Assembly: GCA_050950285.1 (NCBI GenBank)
Contig: JBMNHG010000008.1
Span: forward strand, 1-64,000
DNA: 64,000 nucleotides
Direction of reading: 5' to 3'
DNA from: Kiritimatiellia bacterium
Lineage (GTDB): Bacteria > Verrucomicrobiota > Kiritimatiellia > RFP12 > JBMNHG01
How positions within the stretch are numbered: position 1 is the first letter of the stretch; the number at the start of each line of letters is the position of its first letter. The notes beneath the pieces were generated by a model. The model ran no database searches. It was not told the origin of the DNA and saw only the letters and a list, made by a program, of their open reading frames with translations. Below are positions 11,774-27,160 of this stretch, one piece after another. A program made the position numbers and the translations under genes.

Positions 11774-11814
11774 TGTATAGCAGGAATCAGTCCATGCCAC
11801 AAGCAACAAGCAAC
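11774..11814 (-). promoter_or_regulatory. Putative promoter of the sugar ABC operon with adjacent short direct repeat
   Basis: Minus strand TTGTGG-N17-TATACA with TG extension; ACAAGCA x2 overlaps the -35; AT-rich island. Confidence 0.35.
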
Positions 11815-11994
11815 CTGTAAGATCGGAAAATCGGGCTGTGTCGTTGGACGGCATTCCGTATCCTGCGGGGCGTATTGAAGGATCGCGGCGGGCGTTTGGC
11901 TCCGTTCCGCGCGCGGTTCCATCGCGCCTCCCGCCGGAACGGGAGGGCGCGCCGGCGGGAAATTTCCCGGATCCTAAAAGCCCGTGGCGGACCA

Positions 11995-16309
<4,315 letters not shown>

Positions 16310-16431
16310 GGGGCATTCCTTGGGGATGGATGGGGAAGGGATGGGGCGGATACAAACCGAAAGGGGGAGGATAACACAAAGCGCCGCGTCGCGGAAGGGA
16401 GGCCGGGCCGCCCTGCCGGTTCGGGGCACGG

Positions 16432-17415
16432 TCACGGCGATGCGGGTTTGCAATGGCGGAAATAGGCGATGGTCCGCCTCAAGCCGTCTTCCAGCGGAAC
16501 GGTCGGCGACCAGTCCAGCAGTTCGCGGGCCAGCGTGATGTCGGGCTTGCGGCGATGGGGATCGTCCCGGGGCAGGGGTTCGAAAACCAACTGGCTCCGG
16601 CAGCCGGGGATGGCCGCGACGACCTGCTCGGCCAGCTGGCGGATCGTGTACTCCTCGGGATTGCCCGTGTTGATGACCGGCACCAGGAGATCGTGTTTCC
16701 GGCAAAAGTCGTCCAGCACGGGCCGTTCGAGCCGCATCAGCCCCCGCATGGCCGCGACCAGGTCGTCCACATACTGGAAGCACCGCGTCTGGCTGCCGTC
16801 GCCGTAGATGGTGATCGGCCGGTCGTGGAGCGCCTGCATGATGAAGTTGCTGATGACCCGGCCGTCCTGCGGGTGCATGTTGGGTCCGTAGGTGTTGAAG
16901 ATGCGCACCAGGCGGACGTCGACGCCGTATTCGCGGCGGTAGTCGACGGCCAGCGTCTCGGCCGCTCGCTTGCCCTCGTCGTAGCAGCTGCGGATGCCGA
17001 TGGCGTTGACGTTGCCCCAGTAGGACTCGCGCTGCGGGTGCTCGAGCGGGTCGCCGTAGATCTCGGAGGTCGAGGTGTGGAGGAGGTGGGCCTTGGTTTT
17101 CAAGGCCAGTTCCAGCATGTTCATCATCCCGATGAACGAGGTCTTGATGGTCTCGACGGGGTTCCGCTGGTAGTGGATGGGCGAGGCGGGGCAGGCGAGG
17201 TTGTAGATTTCGTCGAACTGCCCCCAGAACGGCTGCGTGACGTCATGCAGGATGAACGTGAAGCGGGGGTTTTCGAGCAGGTCGTAGATGTTCGCCTTGG
17301 TTCCGGTGAAGAGATTGTCCAGGACCGTGACCTCGTGCCCCTCGGCGAGGAGTTGGCGGGCCAGATGGGAACCGATGAATCCCGCGCCGCCCGTGATCAG
17401 TGTCTTGCGTGTCAT
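16432..17415 (-). CDS. UDP-glucuronate decarboxylase (UDP-xylose synthase family)
   Basis: [59 protein letters not shown]. Confidence 0.92.
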   Translation of the reverse strand: MTRKTLITGGAGFIGSHLARQLLAEGHEVTVLDNLFTGTKANIYDLLENPRFTFILHDVTQPFWGQFDEIYNLACPASPIHYQRNPVETIKTSFIGMMNMLELALKTKAHLLHTSTSEIYGDPLEHPQRESYWGNVNAIGIRSCYDEGKRAAETLAVDYRREYGVDVRLVRIFNTYGPNMHPQDGRVISNFIMQALHDRPITIYGDGSQTRCFQYVDDLVAAMRGLMRLERPVLDDFCRKHDLLVPVINTGNPEEYTIRQLAEQVVAAIPGCRSQLVFEPLPRDDPHRRKPDITLARELLDWSPTVPLEDGLRRTIAYFRHCKPASP

Positions 17416-18542
17416 GCCGTGGTGTCCTCCCTTTTGCCTTGGACCGTCATCGGACCCGGCCGGATCCGGGCTTCGCGGTTCCCCCCGTCCGGCGGCCTGC
17501 CCGAACCGATCTCGCGGCCTGCGCGGACCATGGCCAGGTAGTTCTCCACCGGCACGTAGGCGGGGATGGAATTCCCGGAGCCCAGCGCGTATCCTTTCGC
17601 GGTGGCGCGGAAGCGGGCGCCGTCCTCGCGGACCTTGCGATAGACGTCGTCCTCGGACAGCGTGCAGAGCACGTCCAGGTCAAAGCCGCCGAGAAGGGCG
17701 ATGCGGTCGCCGTAGTCGCGGATCCAGCGATCGAAGGGCGCGATGGGATCCTCGTTCGAGTGCTTCGCGTCGATGCCGAGGGCGATCACGTCCTCCATGA
17801 TCTCGAAAACACAGCCGCAGGAGTGCCAGAGGAAGGGGAGCCCGGCGGCCCGGATGGCGCCGATCACGCGGCGGTACTGAGGCAGGATGTGCCCGCGCAC
17901 CGTCGAGGGGTTGGTGAGCAGCGACGATCGGAAGCCCAGGTCGTCGCCAAAGCGGCATGCCGCGAAAAAGCGCCCGTATCGCTTCACGAAGTCGGCCCAT
18001 ACGCCTTCCATGAGATCCCCGATGGCGGCGTAGAGGTCGGCGTAGAGCTCCGGATCGTCCACCTGGAGGAAGGGGAGGCATTCGAGGCCCACCAGGGATT
18101 CGGCCAGCTCGAAGACGCCGTTGCCGACGCCGCCGACCAGCTTCATGCCGGGCGGAAGGGTGCGGACCGCCGCGTCGAAAAGCGGCCCCGCCTGCGCCCA
18201 GAAGCGCTCCGGCCATTCGCGCCAGCCGTACCCGTCGAAGTCCGCGCGCGTCTGGATGTCGCCCTTCCCGCCGCAAAGGGCCGAGCGCCCGCCGGGCATC
18301 GTGGCGCCCAGGCAGACCTCGAAGGAGACGACGTCATAGCCCATGTCGCGGTAGAAGCCGTGATAGTGGCGGAAGAATTCGTCGCGATCCGCCGCGTCGC
18401 CCTGCGCCAGCGCGCCGAACGACCGGCCTGTGGCCTTCTCCATGAACTCGACGTTGACGAGGTGCTCGTAGAGCGGCATGCGCGCCGGGCGCTCGTTCCG
18501 CATCACGGCGTCGAAGTGGCGATGGTCTGGCTGGAAATCCAT
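17412..18542 (-). CDS. Uroporphyrinogen decarboxylase-like family protein
   Basis: [47 protein letters not shown]. Confidence 0.8.
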   Translation of the reverse strand: MDFQPDHRHFDAVMRNERPARMPLYEHLVNVEFMEKATGRSFGALAQGDAADRDEFFRHYHGFYRDMGYDVVSFEVCLGATMPGGRSALCGGKGDIQTRADFDGYGWREWPERFWAQAGPLFDAAVRTLPPGMKLVGGVGNGVFELAESLVGLECLPFLQVDDPELYADLYAAIGDLMEGVWADFVKRYGRFFAACRFGDDLGFRSSLLTNPSTVRGHILPQYRRVIGAIRAAGLPFLWHSCGCVFEIMEDVIALGIDAKHSNEDPIAPFDRWIRDYGDRIALLGGFDLDVLCTLSEDDVYRKVREDGARFRATAKGYALGSGNSIPAYVPVENYLAMVRAGREIGSGRPPDGGNREARIRPGPMTVQGKREDTTA

Positions 18543-18566
18543 GGGTGGCGGGTCCTCCCGGCGGAA

Positions 18567-19262
18567 TCAGGCGGAACGCATCTCGGTCGCGATGGCCTCG
18601 GCGGCCGCGCGCGGATCGGCGGCCGCGACCACGGGACGGCCGACCACGAGGTGGGTGGCGCCGGCCCGGACGGCGTCGCGGGGCGTGGCCACGCGCTTCT
18701 GGTCGCCCCAGGCGCCGTCCGAAGGGCGGATGCCGGGGGTCGCCAGCAGGGCGGCGGGACCGAGGGCCGACCGCAACGCGGCGGCCTCGCGGGGGGAGCA
18801 GACGAGCCCGTCGGCGCCGGCGCCGCAGGCCAGGCGCCCCAGGGCTTCGACCTGTTCGGCCGGCCCGCGCGCGATGCCGAGCGAGGAGAGGTCGGCGGCG
18901 TCGAGGCTCGTCAGCACCGTCACCGCCAGCAGCTTCGGGGCGGCGGGGCCGGCGGCGTCCGCGGCCTCGCGGGCGGCTTCGACCATCGCACGGCACCCGG
19001 AGGCGTGCAGGGTGAGCAAATCGACGCCCATGCGGGAGCAGGAGGCGACGGCGCGGGCGACCGTGCGGGGGATGTCGTGGAGCTTGAGGTCCAGGAAGAC
19101 CCGCTTGCCCAGGCGCTTCACCTCGTCCACCACCGCCGGCCCCCCGGAACAGAAAAGCTCCAGCCCGATCTTGTAGAAATCCACGGCGGGGCCGATCGTG
19201 CGGATTACGCGGACGGCCTCTTCCCTGCCGGGGACGTCGAGGGCCACAATCAACTCTGCCAT
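18567..19262 (-). CDS. pyrF: Orotidine-5'-phosphate decarboxylase
   Basis: IVALD, FLDLKLHDIPRTV, VTVLTS, TPGIRP, DQKRV, VVGRP. Confidence 0.95.
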   Translation of the reverse strand: MAELIVALDVPGREEAVRVIRTIGPAVDFYKIGLELFCSGGPAVVDEVKRLGKRVFLDLKLHDIPRTVARAVASCSRMGVDLLTLHASGCRAMVEAAREAADAAGPAAPKLLAVTVLTSLDAADLSSLGIARGPAEQVEALGRLACGAGADGLVCSPREAAALRSALGPAALLATPGIRPSDGAWGDQKRVATPRDAVRAGATHLVVGRPVVAAADPRAAAEAIATEMRSA

Positions 19263-19325
19263 GCGGAATGTCCTTATGATCGAAGGGTGGGTGGAAAGGG
19301 GCGAAGAAATCCGGAGGGCGGCGGC

Positions 19326-20150
19326 CTAGAGGACCTTGGAGAGGAAATCGCGCAGGCGGGGGTTTCCGGAATGGTCGAAGAACTGCCGCGTGGGAAGGTC
19401 CACGGCGATGACGCCGCCATCGATGAAGAACATGCGGTCGGCGATTTCACGGGCGAAGCCGAGCTCGTGGGTGACGGTCACCATCGTCATGTGCTCGGAG
19501 GCGAGGTCTTTCATCACGGCGAGCACTTCGCCCACCATCTCCGGGTCGAGCGCGGAGGTGGGCTCGTCGAACAGCATCACGCTGGGCTGCATGGCCAGCG
19601 ATCGCACGATGGCGATGCGCTGCTTCTGCCCGCCGGAAATCTGCGAGGGATAGGCCGAAACCTTTTCCGCGAGCCCCACGCGCTCGAGGAGCTCCATCGC
19701 CCGCGCCGTCGCAGCCTCCTCCGTCTCGCCGCGCACCAGCCTGGGGGCAAGGGTGATGTTCTCCAGCACCGTCAGATGCGGGAAGAGGTTGAAGTGCTGG
19801 AACACCATGCCCATGTCCGACCGATAGCGGTTGCGGTTCGTCTCGCGGGCGCGATGCGACAGGCGCAGCGACGTCCCGTCGCGCTGGAGCGCGCCGCCGG
19901 AGACAATCTCTTCGCCGCCGAACCAGATGCGGCCGGCGGTGGGCTTCTCCAGCAGGTTGAGACAACGGAGGAAGGTGGACTTCCCGCCGCCGGAAGGCCC
20001 GATCACGACAACCACCTCGCCCTTCCGGATCGTGGTGGTCACGCCGCGCAGGACCTGCAGTTTGCCGAAGCTCTTGTGGAGATCCTCGACCTCGAGGATC
20101 GGGTCGCCACTCGCCACGCTGCGGGCGGTTGTCGGAAGGATGGTTTCCAT
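19326..20150 (-). CDS. Polar amino acid ABC transporter ATP-binding protein (GlnQ-like)
   Basis: [44 protein letters not shown]. Confidence 0.93.
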   Translation of the reverse strand: METILPTTARSVASGDPILEVEDLHKSFGKLQVLRGVTTTIRKGEVVVVIGPSGGGKSTFLRCLNLLEKPTAGRIWFGGEEIVSGGALQRDGTSLRLSHRARETNRNRYRSDMGMVFQHFNLFPHLTVLENITLAPRLVRGETEEAATARAMELLERVGLAEKVSAYPSQISGGQKQRIAIVRSLAMQPSVMLFDEPTSALDPEMVGEVLAVMKDLASEHMTMVTVTHELGFAREIADRMFFIDGGVIAVDLPTRQFFDHSGNPRLRDFLSKVL

Positions 20151-20153
20151 GGA

Positions 20154-20951
20154 CTAGTGCGCGTTCGAACTCTGGAGGCGCCGCTCGAGCTTTTCCAGCA
20201 ACTTGGTGAAGAACATGACGATGACAAGGTACACCAGCGCGACCATCAAGAACGGCATGAATGCGTCATACGTCTGCGAACGGATGATTTCGCCGCCCTT
20301 GGAGAGGTCGCGCAAGGCGATGAACGACGCGATGGACGTGTCCTTCAACAGCACGATGAACTCGTTGCCGAGCGCGGGGAGGACGTTGCGGAAGGCCTGG
20401 GGCAGGACGATGTGGCGCAACCCCTGGAGGTACGACATGCCGAGCGACCGCCCGGCCTCCATCTGCCCTTCGTCGATGGAGCAAATCCCGGCGCGCATGA
20501 TCTCCGCGACATATGCGCCGGAATTCACGCCGAAGGCGATGATGGCCACAAGGGTGCCGTTGTTCGACGAGGCGAAGATCACGTAATAGGCGATCAGCAG
20601 CTGGACCGTCATCGGCGTGCCGCGGATCACCGTGAGGTAGACCTTGCAAATCGCGTTGAGGAAGGACAGCCGGCCATGCTTGTCGTAGGTGGTGCGCACC
20701 ACCGCGACAAGAAAGCCGAGAAACGCCCCGAGCAGGACGGCACACAACGCCACCTCGAGCGTGATGCGAAGGCCGTCCAGCAGGTAGCGCCAACGCGCAT
20801 ACCCCGTGCCGGGCGCGGACTCCTTGAGGAAGTTCAGGTAGAACTTGTCGGCGAACGTCGTGCAAAACCCGAGGAACGCCGTCCAAATCCGCTGGGGAAG
20901 GGAAAGCAGGAAATCCATGTGGAACCGTGCGGGAAGGACGTCCCGCACCAT
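20154..20951 (-). CDS. Polar amino acid ABC transporter permease (alternative start 20918)
   Basis: VIRGTP, NSGAYVAEIMRAG, GQMEAGRSLGM, LGNEFIVLLKDTS. Confidence 0.9.
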   Translation of the reverse strand: MVRDVLPARFHMDFLLSLPQRIWTAFLGFCTTFADKFYLNFLKESAPGTGYARWRYLLDGLRITLEVALCAVLLGAFLGFLVAVVRTTYDKHGRLSFLNAICKVYLTVIRGTPMTVQLLIAYYVIFASSNNGTLVAIIAFGVNSGAYVAEIMRAGICSIDEGQMEAGRSLGMSYLQGLRHIVLPQAFRNVLPALGNEFIVLLKDTSIASFIALRDLSKGGEIIRSQTYDAFMPFLMVALVYLVIVMFFTKLLEKLERRLQSSNAH

Positions 20952-21008
20952 TCCCGGTTCCGGGCGCGCGCGGGACGCCTGTCGTCCAAATGGGCCGGGC
21001 CCGGGCGG

Positions 21009-21764
21009 CTATTCCGCCGCCTCTTCCGCACCGCGAATCTTGGCGTAATTCTCGTCGTGCCTGGCCTTTGAAGCCTCGATCGCGCCCTCGGCCAACAGCT
21101 CTTCGATCACCTCGTTGATCGTGGCCAGCAGTTCGGGCTGCCCCTTCTTGATCGCGATGGCGAACTCTTCCTTCGTGAGGAAGTCGGAGGTGATGGCAAT
21201 GGAGGCGTCGCCCTTCACGCAGTTCTTGGCGGGATCGATGTCGGCGATGACAAAGTCGACCTTGCCGGCCTTGAGGGCCGCGACGGCGATCGGGGGGTTG
21301 TCGAAGCGCTGGGGCTCGCGCTTCAGCGTCTCGACGCAGTAGATGTCCGAGGTGGTGCCGCCCTGGACGCCGATGACCTTGTCCTCCGTGCCTTCGATGG
21401 AATCCACGGGCTCATCCGTCCTCGAGATGATCACGATGCCGGAGGTGACATACGGGATGGAGAAGTCGACCGACTGCTTGCGGTCTTCGGTGATCGTGAT
21501 GCCGGCGGCGGCAAGATCCGCCTTGCCCGCGATGACGGAGGGGATCACCGCGTCGAACTTGGCGTCCCGGATCACGAGCTCCTTGCCGAGCTTCGCGGCG
21601 ATGGCGCGGCAGATGTCCACGTCGACGCCCTCGATCTGCTTCCCGTCAAAGTATTCGTACGGGGCGAAGCCGGACTCCGTGATCATCGTGATGGTATGAT
21701 CGTTCTTGGCGCAGCCGCAGAGAAGGGCGGTGGCGGCGGCCATGGCAAACAGACATTTCTTCAT
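21009..21764 (-). CDS. Polar amino acid ABC transporter substrate-binding lipoprotein
   Basis: Lipobox LCG-C, FAPYEY, GVDVDI, ITITEDRKQSVDFS, GVQGGTT. Confidence 0.9.
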   Translation of the reverse strand: MKKCLFAMAAATALLCGCAKNDHTITMITESGFAPYEYFDGKQIEGVDVDICRAIAAKLGKELVIRDAKFDAVIPSVIAGKADLAAAGITITEDRKQSVDFSIPYVTSGIVIISRTDEPVDSIEGTEDKVIGVQGGTTSDIYCVETLKREPQRFDNPPIAVAALKAGKVDFVIADIDPAKNCVKGDASIAITSDFLTKEEFAIAIKKGQPELLATINEVIEELLAEGAIEASKARHDENYAKIRGAEEAAE

Positions 21765-21873
21765 GAATAGGGATTCCTTGGTGTTTCGCGCGGAAATCGC
21801 ACGTTGGCGAAACTATACACTTACCCGGGAAACGACGGAAGCCCGAAATTCCCGCGCCTCGCGCATCCCGTGC

Positions 21874-21902
21874 TTGACGAGGCGGATGTTGCCATCTATC
21901 CT
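21874..21902 (+). promoter_or_regulatory. sigma70-type promoter
   Basis: TTGACG-N17-TATCCT upstream of AGGAG RBS and ATG 21962. Confidence 0.6.
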
Positions 21903-21961
21903 GTCATCATCATTGTATTCCCCAAGGCCCGTGCCCTATCGGCATGCATAAGGAGTTGCCC

Positions 21962-24900
21962 ATGAATCTGAAGAAACGGATTATCGCCGCCATGGCCCTT
22001 CTGGCCCTCGCGGGCGCCGCGGGAGCGCAGGTTCTCCCCGTCACGGCGGATCTCGCCTATTGGGTCGATGCCTCGCAAATCGGGGGCGTGTCCCACGGCG
22101 ACGCGATTACGGTCTGGCCCGACGCCTCCGGCAACAATCGCCCGATGGCGCTCCAGTCCGGCACTGCGGCCCCGACCTTTGCGACCAACGTCATCAATGG
22201 TCTTCCCGTTGTGCGCTTCGTGCACAATTCGCGCCTTGATTCCCCGTACCACGTGCCCAATCCCTACACGGTGGCCGTGGTGGCGCGCATGGCGGGCACG
22301 TGCAACCAGCGTCTCGTCTCGTCGGCCAACGTCAACTGGCTGCTCGGCTATCATGGCGGCGGATGGGACAGCTTCTTTGCCGACGGCTGGATCCGCGGCA
22401 ACCAGCACCCGCTCGACACCGGCTTCCACATCTTCATGGGGTCGGGCGACGGCTCGAACGCCAGCACGTACGTCCGCGACGGCGTCCTCGAGGTTTCGGG
22501 CCACGCCGGGCGTTCGTCGGTGGGGCGTCTCACGCTCGGCGGATGGGGCGGCGGCGAATACTCCGACGGCGACGTGGCCGAAGCCATCGTCTTCACGCGC
22601 GTCCTGACCAAGAACGAGCGCGAGCTCCTCGGCGTCTACCTCCAGAAGAAGTACGCCATTCCGGGCGGATTCCACGAGTTCACGGTGTCCAATCCCATGA
22701 CCGGCAGCGAACGCTATTTCTCGTCCACGAACGCGACGGTCGGACTCTTCCCCAACCGTCCCGACGGCGTAGCGTACCAGGTGACGCTCTCCGAAGATGC
22801 CGGCCATCTCGTCGCCGCGAACTGGATCGCCTACGCCCCGGCGAACCCGCCGGCAACCCTCGCCTTCCCCGAGCCCGCCGAAGAAGGCGACACCACCCTC
22901 TGCCTGTGGCTGCGCGACAGCAACAATGCCGTGGAGAGCTTCCCCGCGACCATCACCTACTCGACCGAAGCGCCGACCGTCGTGGCCGCCGACTTCGAAA
23001 CCGAATGCATGGGCCAAGGCGGAACCCGGATGATCTTCGTCTCCGACATCGACCGGGGATCGACGCCCAACGCCGGATCGATGTATTCCAGCGCGATTTC
23101 GTGCGCCGGCGACCTCACGCCCGACGAGGACTATCTCACGCTCGCGCAGAACGCAACGCCCTATGTCGTGACGCTGGTCGTCGTCAACGAAGCGGGGGTC
23201 TCCGCCTCGACGAACGTGAACGTGACCGTCGGGCAGGGGATCGAGGCCTTCCACCTCACCTTCGAAACCCCCGCGGCCGATGGCGACCTCGTGCCCATTT
23301 CCACGATGCCCTTCAGCCCGAACGGCGGGATGAACGCCCCCACCTACGTCTACCGCAACGACGGCGGCGGCCGTGCCGCGAGCGTGGTGGCGCCCTCGCG
23401 CGGCTTCCCCACGCAGTATGCGCGCATGTTCGGCCACAACGGCGACTACTCGGTGATGCAGCTCCTCCCCGACGCCGCGACGCCCTTCATCGGAACCGAC
23501 GCCAATCCCGGCGACGGGCGCCTCTGGGTCTTCTCGCTGGATCTCGCCACGGAAGACGCCCCGACCCGCTCGCCGATCGAGGCGGTCCTCGACTTCACCT
23601 ATCCCTCCCTCTTCCTGATGACCCCCGGCGACAACCAGCCCCTCTTCCAGATCACCTTCGCCGAGCTCGGCTACATGATCGTCCATGCCGACGGCGCCGC
23701 GACGATCGTCCCGGACGCCGCCGCCAAAACGCCCTACCGCATCGTCGTCGAGATGGACGTGGATACCGGAGCCTTCCGCGTGCGCGCCGGCGTCTCGGCC
23801 GACGGCGAGCCGCCCTACGTCCCGGGCGTCTTCCGCCTCCAGCAGGACGTCTCCGCGAAGGGCATCGGCGGCTTCTACTTCCATACGCGCATGGCCGCCA
23901 CATGGACGTGGTTCCAGACGCAGTTCTGCTACGACAACGTGCGCCTCGCGGGCGACTTCGTGGCCAACACCGTCGACGGATTCCGCGTGGCCGACGCCGC
24001 CACGGGCGACCCCGCGACCGCCACGGGCGCGAACCTCTCCATCGCCGGCACCGTGTTCGGCCCCGGCTACACGCACTACATCCTCGAGGCGGGAACGGCC
24101 CCGGCCGCTCCCGCGGACGCCGCCGACGCCCGCTGGGTGTCCGGCGAATTCCCGCGCACCCTCGCCCTCGCCTCGCCCGTCGACGGCACGGTCTACGACG
24201 TGACGCTCTGGCTGCTCGACGACGCCGGCAACATCCAGGAGTTCTCGCAGCCCATCGCCTACGCCGCCAGCGCCGCCACCGTATCCAACGAGGCGGTCTC
24301 GTTCGGCGAAGACGGCCGGCCCGTCCTCTCCTGGGACACCGCCACCCCCACCGGCGGACGCGTCGCATTCGGCGCCACCGCCGACGCCGCCGACGGCATC
24401 ACCGGCTACCTCGCCACCACCGGCACCTCGCATTCGGTCCTCCTCGACGCCCTCCTCCCCGGCGGTACCCGCTACTACCGGATCGAGGCCAACGGCCGCG
24501 ACGCCGCGACCGGCTCGTTCGACTACCGGAGCGACGTCCCCCTCCTCTCCGACCTGGCGATCTCCACGAACCGCCTCGGCCACGTCTCCGCGACCTGGAC
24601 CACCGACGCCCCCGCCATCGGCTGGATCGAAGTCTCCGCCGGCGGCCGCACCGCGCGTTCCGCGCCCGGCGCGCTCGGCACCGCCCACAGCGCGGACGTC
24701 GGCGGATTCGCCGCCAACAAGCGCGCCGTCGTGACCATCCACGCCGACGCCGCAACCGCCACCGCCGTCACCCGCACGCGCGACATCGGCGCCTTCACGC
24801 TGACCTTCGACGAAGACCCCTACATCACCGCCTTCTACAACCCGAACGACGGGTTCGGCCTCGTGAGGACCGCGGCCTACGACGCAACGGGCGGGATGAC

Positions 24901-25570
24901 CAAGCCCACCTTCGCCTATCGCCTGTCGCCCTGGGGGCGCGACGACACCGTCGTGTCCGGCCCGAACACGCGCTTCCCCACCCCCCACCTCCGCATCCGC
25001 GCCCACAACCAGGAGGGCGGCCGGGCAAGCCTGCTCCCGCCCGACGACAAGTCGGTGGCCGGGCCCATCGCGAACACCGACCGCAACTACGCGGGCGAGC
25101 CGTGGGTCTTCTCCTTCGACGCCGCCGTGGCCAACAACCTCATGGGAACGGAAAGCCGGAACGTCTACGTGGCCCTCTACACCAACTACGGCACGAACGA
25201 CACCCTCGAACCGATCCTCGTCGTGCGCCACTACAACGCCTCCTTCCTGGTCGAATACCTCGATGGAGACGGCGTCCAGCAGGATCTCGCGCTCGTCCCG
25301 GGCCTCGCGCTCGGAGACGGCGGGATGACCCCGCGCTACCACTTCGACTTCACCCTCGACATGGAGGCCGACACCTTCACGGCGGATGTCGACGGCGTGC
25401 GCGTCGGCGGAGTCATGGGCTTCCTCTGCGGGCCGTCCGACAAGGGCATCGGCGGCATCGTGATGTCGGGCCGAAGCCCCGGCGTGAGCCGCGAGGACAA
25501 GCTCCTGCTCGACGACATCAGCCTGATCGGCGGCTACGTCCCCGCCGGAACCGCGCTGATGCTCCGGTAG
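21962..25570 (+). CDS. Large secreted multidomain protein (LamG/ConA-like N-terminus, FN3-like modules, duplicated beta-sandwich domain)
   Basis: Signal peptide MNLKKRIIAAMALLALAGAAGA; LAYWVDAS...WPDASGN...NGLPVVRF...GDVAEAIVF; FN3-like HSVLLDALLPGGTRYYRI; ends GTALMLR. Confidence 0.75.
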   Translation: MNLKKRIIAAMALLALAGAAGAQVLPVTADLAYWVDASQIGGVSHGDAITVWPDASGNNRPMALQSGTAAPTFATNVINGLPVVRFVHNSRLDSPYHVPNPYTVAVVARMAGTCNQRLVSSANVNWLLGYHGGGWDSFFADGWIRGNQHPLDTGFHIFMGSGDGSNASTYVRDGVLEVSGHAGRSSVGRLTLGGWGGGEYSDGDVAEAIVFTRVLTKNERELLGVYLQKKYAIPGGFHEFTVSNPMTGSERYFSSTNATVGLFPNRPDGVAYQVTLSEDAGHLVAANWIAYAPANPPATLAFPEPAEEGDTTLCLWLRDSNNAVESFPATITYSTEAPTVVAADFETECMGQGGTRMIFVSDIDRGSTPNAGSMYSSAISCAGDLTPDEDYLTLAQNATPYVVTLVVVNEAGVSASTNVNVTVGQGIEAFHLTFETPAADGDLVPISTMPFSPNGGMNAPTYVYRNDGGGRAASVVAPSRGFPTQYARMFGHNGDYSVMQLLPDAATPFIGTDANPGDGRLWVFSLDLATEDAPTRSPIEAVLDFTYPSLFLMTPGDNQPLFQITFAELGYMIVHADGAATIVPDAAAKTPYRIVVEMDVDTGAFRVRAGVSADGEPPYVPGVFRLQQDVSAKGIGGFYFHTRMAATWTWFQTQFCYDNVRLAGDFVANTVDGFRVADAATGDPATATGANLSIAGTVFGPGYTHYILEAGTAPAAPADAADARWVSGEFPRTLALASPVDGTVYDVTLWLLDDAGNIQEFSQPIAYAASAATVSNEAVSFGEDGRPVLSWDTATPTGGRVAFGATADAADGITGYLATTGTSHSVLLDALLPGGTRYYRIEANGRDAATGSFDYRSDVPLLSDLAISTNRLGHVSATWTTDAPAIGWIEVSAGGRTARSAPGALGTAHSADVGGFAANKRAVVTIHADAATATAVTRTRDIGAFTLTFDEDPYITAFYNPNDGFGLVRTAAYDATGGMTKPTFAYRLSPWGRDDTVVSGPNTRFPTPHLRIRAHNQEGGRASLLPPDDKSVAGPIANTDRNYAGEPWVFSFDAAVANNLMGTESRNVYVALYTNYGTNDTLEPILVVRHYNASFLVEYLDGDGVQQDLALVPGLALGDGGMTPRYHFDFTLDMEADTFTADVDGVRVGGVMGFLCGPSDKGIGGIVMSGRSPGVSREDKLLLDDISLIGGYVPAGTALMLR

Positions 25571-25630
25571 CCCGACGGGACCCGCCCCGCATTTCGCGGC
25601 GCGCCGCTTTTTCCCGCGCCGCCCCCCCTC

Positions 25631-25677
25631 AAAAAAAAAGGCGTCCCCGCCCTGTCTGGAGCGACGGGGCGGGGACG
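25631..25677 (-). terminator. Intrinsic terminator for minus-strand PPIase
   Basis: A9 then CGTCCCCGCCCTGTC-6nt-GACGGGGCGGGGACG hairpin. Confidence 0.7.
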
Positions 25678-25721
25678 ACGGGGGAATCCGCGAGCCGGGG
25701 GGGCGGCGGACTCGGGCTGCC

Positions 25722-26885
25722 CTATTCCACGTCGGGGACAGCCTCTCCCTCTTCCTCCTGTCCATCCCGGAAGATTCCGGCGACGCTCTCGTGGTACTCG
25801 ACCGCGGCGGAGGCGCGAAGGGTGTCGACCAGCGTGCGGAAGGCCTCTCCGCGAAGTTCGCCGGCGATGTCGTCCTTCGCCTCTTCGAAGGGGATCGTGC
25901 CGCCTTCGGAGCGCTCGGTCACCTGCAGGACGTGGAAGCCGAACTGGGTCTCGACGACTTCGCCGATCGCGTCGACTTCCTGGGAGAAGGCGGCTTCGTC
26001 GAACTCCGGAACCATCTGGCCGCGGCCGAAGCTGCCCAGGTCGCCGCCCCGCTGCCCGCTGGGGCAATCGGAGTTCTCCTTGGCGAGCCCGGCGAAGTCG
26101 GCACCATCGAGAAGCTGCTGGCGGATCGCCTCGATCTTGGCCTTCTTCTCCGCCTTCTGCTCGTCGGTGTCCTCCTCGGACGTCGCGACGAGGATGTGGC
26201 GCGCCGAAACGTTCGGGGCCTCGGCGAACTCCTCCGCGTTCGCGGCGTAGAACTCGGCCATCGCCTCCTCGGTCGGCTCCGGGACGAGCTTGTTCACCTT
26301 GGCCATCATGCCCATGTTCTGGCGGAACTCCTCCATCGGCACATTCTGCTGCGCCAGGACCTGCTCGAGGGTCATGCCTTCGGGGAGGGGATTGCGCTCC
26401 ATCACCTTGGCGATTTCGGCGTCGATCTCCTCTTCGGAGACCTCGATGCCCTGCCTGGCGATCTCCTGCTCGACGAGGGTCTTGACCACGAAGTTGCCGA
26501 CCACCTGCGGACGCATCCGGGCGAGGATCGGGCGAACCTGCGCGAGATCGGCCTGGCCGCCGAACATCTTGAGCAGCTCCGCGTCGGCTTCGGCCACGGT
26601 GAGCCGGGCGTCGCCGATCTTCGCCAGCACGGTCTCGGGGGGAAGATCCGGCTCCGCCTCTTCCGCGACTTCCACGAGCGCGTCGAGGTCGTCCAGGAGC
26701 TCTTCCCCGCACTCGCCGTCGAGCGAGCAGAGGCCGTCGCCGGAACCTTCTTCCGCGACTTCCGCGACCTCTTCGGCCGCATCCTTTGCGGAAACCTCCG
26801 CACCCTTGTCGCCGCAACCGGCCGACAGCACGGCAATGCCGCCCAGGACGGCCGCGACGGCGAACATCGTGTTCCTGCAATTCAT
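25722..26885 (-). CDS. Peptidylprolyl isomerase lipoprotein (parvulin, PrsA/SurA-like)
   Basis: Lipobox [50 protein letters not shown]. Confidence 0.9.
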   Translation of the reverse strand: MNCRNTMFAVAAVLGGIAVLSAGCGDKGAEVSAKDAAEEVAEVAEEGSGDGLCSLDGECGEELLDDLDALVEVAEEAEPDLPPETVLAKIGDARLTVAEADAELLKMFGGQADLAQVRPILARMRPQVVGNFVVKTLVEQEIARQGIEVSEEEIDAEIAKVMERNPLPEGMTLEQVLAQQNVPMEEFRQNMGMMAKVNKLVPEPTEEAMAEFYAANAEEFAEAPNVSARHILVATSEEDTDEQKAEKKAKIEAIRQQLLDGADFAGLAKENSDCPSGQRGGDLGSFGRGQMVPEFDEAAFSQEVDAIGEVVETQFGFHVLQVTERSEGGTIPFEEAKDDIAGELRGEAFRTLVDTLRASAAVEYHESVAGIFRDGQEEEGEAVPDVE

Positions 26886-27160
26886 AGAACCAGAACTCCG
26901 GGCGCGCGCCGTGAAGCCGGCCCGCGCGATATGTGACAACGTCCCCCCGAGGCGGCCGCCAGAAACGGGAGACCTGTAAACCTGCAAGGGAATATCGGGA
27001 AGCATAGCGTAACCCCTTCGTCGCTGGGAAGGAAAATCATCGGGGCGCCCGAAACCGCTTTTGCCTTGCCGGACCGGGGAAAGCGTCCCTATACTTGGGA
27101 ACCGTTTTGCACGAGCCTCCCGGGACAACGCATGCCGCCCCCGGGAGGACGGAGAACTCC

